From Pseudomonadota bacterium (lineage in GTDB: Bacteria > Desulfobacterota > Desulfobacteria > Desulfobacterales > JBDRRP01), in contig JBDRRP010000015.1 of NCBI GenBank assembly GCA_043825735.1, positions 1-64,000 on the forward strand: a DNA stretch of 64,000 bases, written 5' to 3'. Below the pieces are notes generated by a model. It ran no database searches, was not told the origin of the DNA, and was given only the letters and a program-made list of their open reading frames with translations. This document shows positions 38,138 to 48,467 of the stretch, one piece after another. The position numbers and the translations under genes are program-made. How positions within the stretch are numbered: position 1 is the first letter of the stretch; the number at the start of each line of letters is the position of its first letter.

Positions 38138-39499
38138 ATGTCCACCCCGTTCCCCTTCGACGCCATGTTGATCTTTGCCTTCTTCTCGGCCCTGCTGCTG
38201 GCCGGGGTGGCACTCCGGGCAAAAGTGCCGCTGCTGCAAAAGTACCTCTTTCCCAGCTGTCTGGTGGGCGGCGTGCTGGGCCTCGTCGCCATTCATACGG
38301 GGATTTTCGGTTTCGACATCAGCAGCATCGAGGCGTTTGCCTACCACTTTTTCAACATCTCGTTCATCTCCGTCGGCCTCACCCGAGACGACAATACCGG
38401 CGAAACGGCACGGCGCAAACTGCTGCGAGGGCCGGCATGGATGGCCCTCATGCAGGGGCTCACCTTCCCCATGCAGGCAATGCTGGGCGGCGCCCTGGTG
38501 ATCCTTTTCGGGTTTCTCGGCATGAAGCTATTTCCCACCTTCGGTTTTCTGGTGCCGCTGGGCTTCAACGAGGGACCGGGGCAGGCGCTATCGATCGGCA
38601 AGGCCTGGGAGGGCGTGGGGTTCGCCAATGCAGCCACCATCGGCCTCACCTTTGCCGCCGTGGGATACTTTTTCGCCTTCTTTGTCGGGGTTCCGCTGGT
38701 AAACCGTGGCATCCGGCGGGGAGAAGCCACCTTCGGCCCGCGCACGCTTCCCAGGGACTTTATCACCGGCCTGATGCCCGCCAATGGGCAGACGGAATCC
38801 GCCGGCCGGCTGACCTTGCACACGGGAAACGCCGAAACCCTCGCCTTCCAGAGCGCCCTGGTGGGAATCGTCTACGGCGTCACCTATCTCATTGTCTACG
38901 GACTGGGGCGCGTGCTTCCGGCCGATGTGGCCACTATCCTGTGGGGTTTCTTCTTTTTCTTCGGTCTTTCCGTCGCCCTCGCCGTGAAAAAAATCATGCA
39001 GATCACGGGCGTCGTCCACCTGGCCGATCCGGGTATCCAGCGCCGGATCACCGGCTGGTCCGTGGACTATCTGATCATCGCCACCGTGGCGGCCATCCAG
39101 ATGCAGGTGGTGTGGGACTACATCGTGCCCATCAGCGTCATGTCGCTCGTCAACGGCATTGCCACCACCGCCCTGGTCGTCTGGTTCGGCCGGCGGCTCG
39201 ACGGTTACAACCTGGAGCGCACAGCCGCCATTTACGGCACGGTTACCGGCACGGTCTCCTGCGGCCTGCTCCTGCTCAGAATCGTAGATCCGGACTTCAA
39301 GTCCCCCGTGGCCTTTGAAATTGCGATCATGAATGTCCTCGTACTGCCCATCGTGGGCGGCGGCACCGTGCTGGTGAACGGCCCGCTGTGGTGGAACTGG
39401 AGCGTCGGGTTTACCGTTCTGGTCTTTGCTGGAATCGCCGCCGTTTGCCTGACGCTTCTGCGCGTGATGAAGTTTTGGGGCGTGCCGAAAACACGGTAG
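38138..39499 (+). CDS. GltS-like sodium:glutamate symporter family protein
   Basis: LQKYLFPSCLVGG, PLGFNEGPGQA, YGTVTGT..GLLLLRIVDP; multi-TM. Confidence 0.85.
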   Translation: MSTPFPFDAMLIFAFFSALLLAGVALRAKVPLLQKYLFPSCLVGGVLGLVAIHTGIFGFDISSIEAFAYHFFNISFISVGLTRDDNTGETARRKLLRGPAWMALMQGLTFPMQAMLGGALVILFGFLGMKLFPTFGFLVPLGFNEGPGQALSIGKAWEGVGFANAATIGLTFAAVGYFFAFFVGVPLVNRGIRRGEATFGPRTLPRDFITGLMPANGQTESAGRLTLHTGNAETLAFQSALVGIVYGVTYLIVYGLGRVLPADVATILWGFFFFFGLSVALAVKKIMQITGVVHLADPGIQRRITGWSVDYLIIATVAAIQMQVVWDYIVPISVMSLVNGIATTALVVWFGRRLDGYNLERTAAIYGTVTGTVSCGLLLLRIVDPDFKSPVAFEIAIMNVLVLPIVGGGTVLVNGPLWWNWSVGFTVLVFAGIAAVCLTLLRVMKFWGVPKTR

Positions 39500-39581
39500 C
39501 GGCGTCCCGTTGTCGAACCGCCCCTAACCGGAGTGGGGCGCTCTGCCCCCGAACCCTTACCCGTGACGAAACGGAGGCCCC

Positions 39582-40058
39582 TTGATGACTGCCGACAAAT
39601 CCCTGTCCGCCCCCTGTGGCCTGTATTGCGGCGTGTGCGGCGTCCTTTATGCCACACGGGACGATAACCACCGGTTTCTGGAAAAGTTGCTGGCCTTCTA
39701 CCAGGGGGCCGTCCCAGATCTCGACCAACTCACCATCGAAGATCTCAAATGCGACGGGTGCGGCTCCGAGCGGGTGTCTTTTTTCTGTCGGGTCTGCGCC
39801 ATCAAGGAGTGCTGCCGCGGAAAGGATATCACCGGCTGCCACCACTGCGAGGATTTCCCCTGCCGCCATATCGACGCGTTTCCCGTTCCGGTGGGAAAAA
39901 AAGTGATCCTGCGGGCCGTCCCCTTCCGAAAGGCCCACGGCACCGACGCGTGGATAGCTGCGGAAACGGCCCGCTACCAGTGCCCCGGCTGCGCCCACAC
40001 GGTCTTTCGCGGCGCCAGGCGCTGCAATGGGTGCCACGCGCCGGTGGATCTCGATTGA
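39582..40058 (+). CDS. DUF3795 Cys-rich protein
   Basis: APCGLYCGVC, CDGC, CAIKECC..CHHCEDFPC, CPGC..CNGC. Confidence 0.85.
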   Translation: MMTADKSLSAPCGLYCGVCGVLYATRDDNHRFLEKLLAFYQGAVPDLDQLTIEDLKCDGCGSERVSFFCRVCAIKECCRGKDITGCHHCEDFPCRHIDAFPVPVGKKVILRAVPFRKAHGTDAWIAAETARYQCPGCAHTVFRGARRCNGCHAPVDLD

Positions 40059-40121
40059 CCCTCCGGGGAGCCTGCGCTATGTTGCGCGCAGCGCCGCCGA
40101 ACCCATCATCGGAGAAGTGAC

Positions 40122-40940
40122 GTGCCAGCACCCAAAAACGCCATGGAGATTTTCCAGGTTCTCGACAAATCCAACTGCCGCGATTGCGGTGAACAGACGT
40201 GCCTGGCCTTTGCCGGCGCCGTGTTCAAAGGCCAGCGCAGCATCGGCGAATGCCCCCGGCTGGATGCCGACACCGTGCGGCGGTTTTCAGATGATGGCGC
40301 TTCAACCGCCACCATAGAAGCAAATCGCGACGACTTTCTGGCCGGCCTGAAGGCGGAGATCGCCGCCGTGGATCTGGCCGAAGCGGCCCGCCGGGTCGGC
40401 GGCCGATACGCCGGCGGCCGCCTGACCCTCAAGGTTCTGGGCAAGGATTTCAGTGTGGACAGCGCCGGCAAACTCTACGCCGACATTCACATCAACCCAT
40501 GGGTGGCGATCCCCTTTTTGCATTATGTGCTTTACGGAAAAGGCCTTGAACCCACCGGAGACTGGGTCGCCTTCAGGGAACTCAAGGAAGGAAAAGAACG
40601 CTATCCGTTGTTCCAGAAGCGCTGCGAAGAACCCCTGAAGCGGGTGGCCGACGTCTACACCGACCTTTTCGACGACATGGTGCATCTGTTCAACGGCCGC
40701 CAGGTGGCCGAGCAGTTCGCCTCGGATATATCAGTGGTGCTGCACCCCCTGCCCCGTGTTCCTATCATGGTCTGCTACTGGCGACCGGATGACGGTCTGG
40801 CCTCCGATCTGAACATCTTCTTCGATCGCACGGCCGATAAAAACCTGGACAACGGTGCCATTTTCAGTCTCGGCGCAGGCTTGGCCACCATGTTCGAAAA
40901 ACTCGCCCTGCGTCACGGATTCGTGCCGTCGTCTGAGTAG
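40122..40940 (+). CDS. Fe-S domain + DUF3786 protein
   Basis: LDKSNCRDCGEQTCLAFA..CP N-terminus; WVAFREL, LPRVP. Confidence 0.85.
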   Translation: MPAPKNAMEIFQVLDKSNCRDCGEQTCLAFAGAVFKGQRSIGECPRLDADTVRRFSDDGASTATIEANRDDFLAGLKAEIAAVDLAEAARRVGGRYAGGRLTLKVLGKDFSVDSAGKLYADIHINPWVAIPFLHYVLYGKGLEPTGDWVAFRELKEGKERYPLFQKRCEEPLKRVADVYTDLFDDMVHLFNGRQVAEQFASDISVVLHPLPRVPIMVCYWRPDDGLASDLNIFFDRTADKNLDNGAIFSLGAGLATMFEKLALRHGFVPSSE

Positions 40941-40983
40941 CGGCAGGCCCCCGTGCCCGGCACGCAAAGAACTGCACTTTGTT

Positions 40984-41165
40984 TGCAACACCAAACACCA
41001 ATTCTCGCGCCAAGACGCCAAGAGCGCAAAGAACTGCGTTTAGTTTACAACCCCAAATTTCAACGTCCTGATTTATCATCAGATTCCGCCGTCGTTTCGG
41101 TTGTTAAATTTTTATCTGGTTTTCTTGGCGATCTTGGCGTCTTTGCGTGAGATATTTGGTGTTGC
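40984..41165. repeat. Long inverted-repeat element with 9-mer triple arms between convergent genes
   Basis: gcaacaccaaa..ctcgcgccaagacgccaagagcgcaaagaa / ttcttggcgatcttggcgtctttgcgtgag..tttggtgttgc. Confidence 0.85.
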
Positions 41166-41189
41166 CCGTGTAATGCTCTGCCGACAGCC

Positions 41190-42917
41190 TTACACCTTCA
41201 GCCTGTTTTCAATTTCCGCCGCGGCGACGCTGTTGCCCAATTGCCGGTGGCATTCGGCCATGTAGCCCAAGGCCTGGGACGAGCCGGGAAATTTTTCCAG
41301 ATAGCGCATCGCCCGTGAAAACCGCCCGGTGTTCATGTGGCTGATGGCCAGGCACAAGTGCAGCGGCTCGTGCTTCGGGAACCGTTCCACTGCGTCTCCC
41401 AATAGACGGACCGTGTCGTTGTGCCGGCCGTTTTTCTGGTGGTGAATACCCAGCCCCAGATAGGCCCGGGGGTTGGGGTGATAGTCCAGGGACCGACGAT
41501 AGAGTTTTTCTGCCAGTTCCCGCTTGCCGGAGATGGCATCGATGGCGGCATAGTCGCCATGATCAAGCGTCATGGCCAGTCTCGAGCAAAAGTCGGCGTG
41601 GCAGGCATAAAGCTCCGGATCATCGGTGAGCGACAGTGCTGCGATGTACTCCGGTAGTTGGCGGTAGAAATGGTTCCGAAGCGTTTTACCGAAAGAGAGC
41701 ACCTGCTGCTGGGAAATCTCCGGATCGGTCTGGAAATACAGGATGTCCTCCACGGGCTCCAGCCAGAGCGCGTCCTCGTCGAGGCCGCTGCGGTCGACAT
41801 AGTCGCGGTACAGCCGGGTGCCGGGAAACAGTGACAGGATGTAAAAAATGGTGCTCAGCGGCTTGATGCGATCCATGAGCACCAGGGTCTGAGCGATGGT
41901 GTCGTCATTTTCGCCGGGGCAGCCGTAGATGAAATAGGCACGCGTAAGAATCCCCGTTCGCGCGGTCATCTCGAAGGCATCCTGGATCTGCGCATCCGTG
42001 ACGGGCTTACCCAGAAGCCGACGAATCTGCGGGCTGCCACTTTCCACGCCAAAGCTGATCTGTGTGCAACCGGCCAGCCGCATGGCCCGAAGCAGTTCTT
42101 CGTCGACACGGTCCACCCTCGAAATGGCCGCCCACTGGATATCGAGTTTTCGGCTGCGGATCTCCCGGCAGACGTCCATGACGCGTCGTCGCTGAAGGGT
42201 GAAAGTGTCATCCGAGAAATAAAAAAATCGCTGCCCCCGGCCGACCAGGCGCTCGAGTTGGTCCACAAACCAGCGGGCGGAATGAAAGCGCACCCGCCGC
42301 CCCCAGAAATCCGGCGATCCGCAGAACGAACAGTTGCCTGGGCAGCCGCGCCCCAGCAAGACGTGGTTGTAGGTGAAATACCGTGACGGGTCCGCAAGTG
42401 CGTCCAGGTCCGCTATCTGCGCCGCGGGGGGCGGTTGCACCGCGATGCCGTCCTGGCGAAAGGCCACGGCCGGGATACCCGCCGGCGGTGTATCGGTTTC
42501 GGCGCGCTCATAGAACTGCACCAGTTTGAGAAATGCATGTTCACCCTCGCCCAGCACAACGGCGTCCACTTCCGGAAAATGCCGTAAAAAGTGCTTCCAC
42601 AACGTGGTGGCGCCAATGCCGCCAAACACCACCTTGACATCCGGGTTCAGGGTCTTGGCCATCCGGGCGATGTCTATGGCGCCCCATCTGTTGGCCTGGA
42701 GCACACTGAAACCGATGACGTCCGGCTTGGCCTGCGCGAGGGTCTGCCGAACGGCCGTCTGTTGGTCTTTCATGTTTCCCCAGTTGAGCACCGTGGCATC
42801 GATGCCGTTCTCCTTGAGGACAGCGCCAATGAAATAGAGCCCGATGGGCGGGACATGGACGTCTTCCTGGTGGATGCGTGCCTCCAGGCAATAGGGATAG
42901 ATCAACAGTACGTTCAT
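41190..42917 (-). CDS. B12-binding radical SAM protein with C-terminal TPRs
   Basis: PPIGLYFIGA, GEGE, GRGCPGNCSFC, DDTFT, FGVESGS, TPR-like tail. Confidence 0.92.
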   Translation of the reverse strand: MNVLLIYPYCLEARIHQEDVHVPPIGLYFIGAVLKENGIDATVLNWGNMKDQQTAVRQTLAQAKPDVIGFSVLQANRWGAIDIARMAKTLNPDVKVVFGGIGATTLWKHFLRHFPEVDAVVLGEGEHAFLKLVQFYERAETDTPPAGIPAVAFRQDGIAVQPPPAAQIADLDALADPSRYFTYNHVLLGRGCPGNCSFCGSPDFWGRRVRFHSARWFVDQLERLVGRGQRFFYFSDDTFTLQRRRVMDVCREIRSRKLDIQWAAISRVDRVDEELLRAMRLAGCTQISFGVESGSPQIRRLLGKPVTDAQIQDAFEMTARTGILTRAYFIYGCPGENDDTIAQTLVLMDRIKPLSTIFYILSLFPGTRLYRDYVDRSGLDEDALWLEPVEDILYFQTDPEISQQQVLSFGKTLRNHFYRQLPEYIAALSLTDDPELYACHADFCSRLAMTLDHGDYAAIDAISGKRELAEKLYRRSLDYHPNPRAYLGLGIHHQKNGRHNDTVRLLGDAVERFPKHEPLHLCLAISHMNTGRFSRAMRYLEKFPGSSQALGYMAECHRQLGNSVAAAEIENRLKV

Positions 42918-43022
42918 AACGCAGTCTCCTGCCGGCGCGGCGCCGGAATGTGATGTCCGGGCAATGTAGCACAGAGCCATTGTCATAAAAATGTTCCATT
43001 TACGCAACGCTTCCTGTTGGCC

Positions 43023-43103
43023 ATCGAAATCGATACCGGTATCGCTATCGGTATCGACCGCGGAAGACATCCATTTGGATCCCGATTTCGATCCCGACCC
43101 CGA
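43023..43103. repeat. Inverted hexamer repeat arms
   Basis: atcgaaatcgataccggtatcgctatcggtatcga / gatcccgatttcgatcccgaccccga; same family as 34038-34193. Confidence 0.8.
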
Positions 43104-43276
43104 GCGGTCTTTGTGGATGAAACGTAACCCTTTTCTGAAAAGCACTATAAGCGGCCGGCACCTCAAGCTCTGAGCGGAACCGACATAGCATCAAGAATCC
43201 GGGCCAATTTGCGTATTATATTCTTGACACAGGCAATAGTTATGAATATTTGTCTTAATTATTGGAGAATTTACGC

Positions 43277-43735
43277 ATGATTGACGAAATCAGTCTGAGC
43301 ATTCTGAAAATCCTTCAGGAAAAAGCACGCATTCCCAATGTGGAAGTGGCCCGCCAGGTCGGCATGGCGCCCTCCGCTGTCCTGGAACGTATCCGCAAAC
43401 TGGAGCAACAGGGATACATCGACGGCTACGAGGTCCGATTGAACCCGGACCGGTTCGGTCGGCCCTTGGTGGCCTTCGTCCATGTGGCAGTGGAGGCCCA
43501 GGATTGCAGCGGGACGGTGGGCAAGGCCTTGACCGAACTGGCCGAGGCCCAGGAAGTGCATTTCATTTCCGGAGAAGACGGATATCTGGTCAAGCTGCGG
43601 ATCGCCGATCATCTCGCCCTGGGAGAACTGGTGCGCCGCCAGATCGCCGGCATCCCGGGAGTGCGGGGCACGCGCACCAGTATCTCCATGGCAACCATGA
43701 AAGAGACCTGGCGCATTCCGGTGGATGCCCCGTGA
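43277..43735 (+). CDS. Lrp/AsnC-family regulator
   Basis: ILKILQEKARIPNVEVARQVGMAPSAVLERIRKLE..G.I.GY; divergent from the radical SAM gene, upstream of lysA. Confidence 0.93.
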   Translation: MIDEISLSILKILQEKARIPNVEVARQVGMAPSAVLERIRKLEQQGYIDGYEVRLNPDRFGRPLVAFVHVAVEAQDCSGTVGKALTELAEAQEVHFISGEDGYLVKLRIADHLALGELVRRQIAGIPGVRGTRTSISMATMKETWRIPVDAP

Positions 43736-43915
43736 GATCAGAACTGTTTCATAGCATTCGAGGCCCAAGGTTATGGGTTTTCAAACACTGGGGCCCTTGA
43801 GCCGCCGAATCTTCGAGCCCTTTTCTCTTGTCTTGAAGATGCCTTATTGATTATGACAGACGCACATTTTTGGCCAATGGATATTGTTTCGCGACTTTAA
43901 GAGGAGATCGACCCC

Positions 43916-45187
43916 ATGCCCATGTCTGACGCGTTCGCCAAGCGCCTAACCCCTGTGCTGCCGGGCATTGCCGCGCACTACGGCACGCCATTTCATATCT
44001 ACGACGAAACCGGAATACGGGAAACCGCTGACCGGTTGAAGAAGGCCTTCTCCGGATTGCCGGGCTTTCAGGAGTTCTTCGCCGTCAAGGCGCTGCCCAA
44101 CCCGGCGATTATGGAGATCATGCGCGATGAAGGTTTCGGCAGCGACTGCAGTTCGCTGACCGAATTGATGCTGAGCCGCCGCTCCGGTATTGCCGGCCAG
44201 CGCATCATGTTCACGTCCAACAATACCAGCCCTGCGGAGTTTGAACTGGCAATGGCCGAGGGCGGCAGCATCATCAACTTGGACGATATCAGCCTGCTGG
44301 ATAAGCTCCCGGCCATGCCGGAGCTCATCTGCTTTCGCTACAACCCCGGACCGCGGCGAACCGGCAACAGCATCATCGGCAACCCCGTGGAAGCCAAATA
44401 CGGCATCAGCCACGATCAGGTCATCGACGCATACCGGCGTGCTCGCGAGATGGGCGCCAAACGCTTTGGGGTTCACACCATGCTGGCCTCAAACGAACGC
44501 GACCACTCGTACATGGTGGCGACGGCCAAAATGCTTCTGGAAATCGCCGAATGGCTGAATGCCGAACTTGACATCCAGGTCGCCTTTCTGAATATCGGCG
44601 GCGGACTGGGGATTCCGTACACACCCGATGCTGCGCCCCTGGACTTGGAGGCCATGGCCTCGGAGATCACGGGGCTGTGGCGGAATTTTGAGTGTAAAAA
44701 CGGATATATGCCGGCCCTGTTCATGGAAAGCGGTCGATTCATGACGGGACCCCACGGCGTGCTTGCGGTGACGGCCATCAACCGCAAAGACACTTACCGG
44801 CATTACGTGGGCGTGGATGCCTGCATGTCGTCTCTGATGCGGCCGGGCATGTACGGTGCCTACCATCACATAACGGTGATCGGCAAAGACGGACGATCAC
44901 CGCGTCAGGTGGTGGACGTGGTGGGTGCGCTGTGCGAAAACAACGATAAGTTCGCCATTCAGCGTGACCTGCCGGAAATTATCACCGGTGATCTTCTTCT
45001 GATTCATGACACCGGCGCCCACGGGCAGTCCATGGGCTTCAACTACAACGGCAAACTGCGCCCAAAGGAGCTGCTGCTCGGCAACGACGGTTCGGTTGAG
45101 TTGATTCGCCGGGCGGAGACGCCGGAGGACTATTTCGCCACCCTCTCATTTGAACCGGATACATGGCGCCCTAAACCTGAGTCCTGA
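43916..45187 (+). CDS. lysA: Diaminopimelate decarboxylase
   Basis: YGTPFHIYDE, FAVKALPN, AKYG, NIGGGLG, ESGR, GALCENND, HDTGAHG.SMGFNYN. Confidence 0.92.
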   Translation: MPMSDAFAKRLTPVLPGIAAHYGTPFHIYDETGIRETADRLKKAFSGLPGFQEFFAVKALPNPAIMEIMRDEGFGSDCSSLTELMLSRRSGIAGQRIMFTSNNTSPAEFELAMAEGGSIINLDDISLLDKLPAMPELICFRYNPGPRRTGNSIIGNPVEAKYGISHDQVIDAYRRAREMGAKRFGVHTMLASNERDHSYMVATAKMLLEIAEWLNAELDIQVAFLNIGGGLGIPYTPDAAPLDLEAMASEITGLWRNFECKNGYMPALFMESGRFMTGPHGVLAVTAINRKDTYRHYVGVDACMSSLMRPGMYGAYHHITVIGKDGRSPRQVVDVVGALCENNDKFAIQRDLPEIITGDLLLIHDTGAHGQSMGFNYNGKLRPKELLLGNDGSVELIRRAETPEDYFATLSFEPDTWRPKPES

Positions 45188-45252
45188 GCGAGTCAATTCA
45201 TCCCCGAATATACAAATCGATGGACGCCCGACAAGGAGACGCAAAGAAAAGC

Positions 45253-45380
45253 GAACGTCGAACATCGAACATCCAACGTCGAATGATGAATGAAAAAACG
45301 AACTGCGAAGCGCTAAGTCGGTGGCAGTCGATTTGTTTTATATTCGATGTTCAGCGTTCAACGTTCGATGTTGGAAGTTC
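45253..45380. repeat. Inverted heptamer repeat arms (AACRTCS / SGAYGTT)
   Basis: gaacgtcgaacatcgaacatccaacgtcgaat / attcgatgttcagcgttcaacgttcgatgttggaagttc. Confidence 0.85.
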
Positions 45381-45556
45381 GGCAATTTGTTTTTTGGGTT
45401 TCCAAGACAATCCAGCGTCGCCGCCGACCGAGGCCGATTTGAACAAATCAAGGGACTTCGAAGTTTCATAAGAGATCTTACGGAGTGCTATTTTGAATCT
45501 GCGCAAGTGAACCGGCAGGCCATTGGATGACCCCAAATTTTCGGAGCTTTTGTACC

Positions 45557-47164
45557 ATGCGTGTATCCTATCGAATAGACGCCGTTCTTTTCGACTTCGA
45601 CGGCACGCTGACTCAGCCGGGAAGCCTTGACTTCTCGGTCATAAAATCCCGAGTGGGCTGCCCACCGCACATGCCGGTGCTCGAATTCATCAGTGCCATT
45701 GCGGATACCGGTGACCGCACCGCGGCCATGAGAGCCCTCGACGATTTTGAAACCGACGGGGCCCGGCGCTCGACGCCGCGGCAGGGCGCCGAAGCGCTTA
45801 TCGACTGTCTGCGAAAGCGCGCTCTGAAGGTGGGTATCATCACCCGAAATAGCGCCCGGGCTGTCCACTGCGCATTGGAAAATTTCCCGATACTCGATGC
45901 CGATCATTTTGATCTCATCATTTCCAGGGATAACGAGGTTGCGCCTAAACCTTCACCGGAAGGCGTTCTATTGGCCGCCCGGCAACTCGGCGTACTCCCG
46001 GCCAATCTTCTCGTGGTGGGTGATTTTCACTTCGACGTGGACGCGGGCAAGGCTGCCGGAGCCCTCACCGCCCTGATCGACGGTACGATTGCTGCCGGGG
46101 TGAGAGGCATTGCGGCAGATTTTCACATTACAAACTTGACCCAGCTTATCGCCATCGTCGAAATGGGCCGGCCGCTGGAAACCGGAAAACTACCGAACCC
46201 TTTGCTGGAAACACTGCTCGCCGATTTTGCCATCACCGATCCGTCGGTGATTCTCGCTTCGGGTATCGGCGAAGACACCGCTGCGGTCGATATCGCCGGC
46301 AACGACACCCTGATCCTCAAGTCGGATCCCATCACATTCGCGACCGACGCCATCGGCCGCTACGCCGTTGTCGTCAACGCCAACGACATCGCCACATCAG
46401 GAGCCAAACCCCGCTGGATGCTGTCGACACTGCTGTTTCCTCCGGGGGTGACCGGCGCCGACATCGGTCAGGTGATGGCCGACCTTCAATCTGCCTGCGC
46501 TCAATGGGACATCACTCTGTGCGGCGGACATACGGAGATTACCGATGCAGTAAGCCGCCCGGTGGTCATCGGAATGATGGCCGGCACAGTGGGACGCTCG
46601 CGCCTCATCGACAAAAAGCGGATGCGGGAAGGCGACAAAATTCTCATGACCAAAGCCGTAGCGGTTGAAGGCACGGCCATCATTGCCAGAGAATTTCACG
46701 ACGCGCTGATTCAAAAAGGCCTGTCCCGGGAAGAGGTCAGCCGATGCCGCGGCTTTTTGCAGCAGATCAGCATTTTACCTGAAGCCGCCATCGCCGCAGC
46801 CCACCTCGGAGTGTCGGCCATGCACGATGTCACTGAAGGAGGGCTTGCCACGGCTGTGCGGGAACTGGGCATCGCCGGTGGGCACCACCTGACCATCGCT
46901 GCGGATCAAGTCCCCGTTTTTCCGGAAACCCGACGAATTGCCGATGCCATGGGAATCGCCCCTCTGGGGCTCATCGGTTCGGGAAGCCTTCTGATCTGCT
47001 GTCGACCTGAAACGGCCGAGGCGTTGATCGCCCTATTGACCCAGGCAGGCATTCAGGCCACCGATATCGGCGCGGTAGGTATGGCAGGAAGAACGGTTTC
47101 AACGCGCGACGGCTCTGAATGGCCGGAGTTTCCAGTAGATGAAATCACCCGCCTGTTTAACTGA
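45557..47164 (+). CDS. HAD phosphatase fused to AIR-synthase-related (PurM/HypE/ThiL-like) domain
   Basis: FDFDGTL, ITRN, KPSPEG, VGD..FD; then GKLP, GIGED, NANDIATSGA, GGHTE, MHDVTEGG. Confidence 0.88.
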   Translation: MRVSYRIDAVLFDFDGTLTQPGSLDFSVIKSRVGCPPHMPVLEFISAIADTGDRTAAMRALDDFETDGARRSTPRQGAEALIDCLRKRALKVGIITRNSARAVHCALENFPILDADHFDLIISRDNEVAPKPSPEGVLLAARQLGVLPANLLVVGDFHFDVDAGKAAGALTALIDGTIAAGVRGIAADFHITNLTQLIAIVEMGRPLETGKLPNPLLETLLADFAITDPSVILASGIGEDTAAVDIAGNDTLILKSDPITFATDAIGRYAVVVNANDIATSGAKPRWMLSTLLFPPGVTGADIGQVMADLQSACAQWDITLCGGHTEITDAVSRPVVIGMMAGTVGRSRLIDKKRMREGDKILMTKAVAVEGTAIIAREFHDALIQKGLSREEVSRCRGFLQQISILPEAAIAAAHLGVSAMHDVTEGGLATAVRELGIAGGHHLTIAADQVPVFPETRRIADAMGIAPLGLIGSGSLLICCRPETAEALIALLTQAGIQATDIGAVGMAGRTVSTRDGSEWPEFPVDEITRLFN

Positions 47165-47786
47165 CTTTCAAGCCCCGGGCAAACATCTCGAAGGCAATCT
47201 TGAGGGTTTCCTTCAGGTAGTCTTTTTCTTCATTGATGATTTTTTTGCTGGTCGTCCAGAGGATAACCCCCGAAAACAGGGCCCAGAAAATATCAGCAAG
47301 GGCCACCGGGTGCCGATCGATGAAGACACCTTCCCGGATACCGGCTTCGAAAATATTGGCAATCGCCCCGATGGATTTTCGCGACAGTTCTTCGATTTCA
47401 CCCATGAGTTTTTCAGAAAGGTTTTTCAGGGTCTCGCTGGACTGAAGGTGAAACATGTTGATGAGGATCAACGGGTCAAAGGCATATACATCGTACATGG
47501 CTTCGATGAGGGCGTCCAACTTCTGCTCCGGATTCAGGTATTCTTTGTTGACGTGCTCAACGCGGATGTGGAGATATTGGAGAATTCTCAATGACAGGGA
47601 GGCGTAAAGTTCTTCTTTGTTCTTGAAATACAGATAAAGCGTACCAGGACTCAGCTCTGCCTCATGGGCGATGTCCTCCATGGTGGCCTTGTTGAAGCCC
47701 TTCTCGGAGAAAACGCGCTTGGCCGCCACGATAATCTGTTGCCGCCGTCGCTCCTTTTCCCGCTCCTTTCGTTCCTGTATACCCAT
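47157..47786 (-). CDS. TetR/AcrR-family regulator
   Basis: GFNKATMEDIAHEAELSPGTLYLYFKNKEEL. Confidence 0.95.
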   Translation of the reverse strand: MGIQERKEREKERRRQQIIVAAKRVFSEKGFNKATMEDIAHEAELSPGTLYLYFKNKEELYASLSLRILQYLHIRVEHVNKEYLNPEQKLDALIEAMYDVYAFDPLILINMFHLQSSETLKNLSEKLMGEIEELSRKSIGAIANIFEAGIREGVFIDRHPVALADIFWALFSGVILWTTSKKIINEEKDYLKETLKIAFEMFARGLKVS

Positions 47787-48467
47787 TTGAGTTGCGTCCT
47801 GAATATTATTTATTTGAAAAATGGGGCTCTAAATTATTTTTACAATATAATTAATGGAACGAATTTGGTCAAGCGAAATGTTCAGTGGGAATCACTGGAA
47901 TCGCAGGCTGGGTTTGGAAGGGCGCCTATATATGGATGCCGGGTACCGTCGTGTATTTTAATCAACAGATAAGAAATGTCAATACACGCGATTGAATCAT
48001 ATTCAGCCAATCGACAGGATTCACTGAGATCACTTGATCCTTTACCGGCCCGAGTTATTAAGGCACCGCCTGACGATTGTCTGCAAGTGCGAAAAAACCT
48101 TGCAATGAAGCACAGGAAACCGCAATTGTCATTGCACAAAGGAAACGCCGCCAGAGGTCGGAGACCGACAGCAGGGGACTATTTCCGGCAGTTTTAGTTA
48201 TAATAATCTTATAGTTATATTTCCTGCCGTTGACCATGCTCATAATGGCACACCGGTTGCTCATACCGACAAACGTCTGCTTTTCTCCAGGAACCTCCAG
48301 GTTCCTTTCGCCATTGGCCTTGCCCCGGCGCGCTTGCCGGGGCAAGCGTCAATGACGGCGTGGGTGCTGGGCAGTGGCGTCGGCGCATCGGGCAGGGTGT
48401 GGAACTCATCGCAAAACCAGAACAGCACATGCATCCCGCCGCCTTTCAACCGTGTCGCCGTTGCCGA

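Noticed and set aside
48108..48180. Possible c-di-GMP (GEMM) riboswitch
   Set aside because: Only superficial similarity; it lacks the GNRA-loop stem and GACGCAAA consensus.
48261..48449. Small ORF downstream of SRAP
   Set aside because: No family motifs, several overlapping equally weak frames, and the region is better explained by hairpins.
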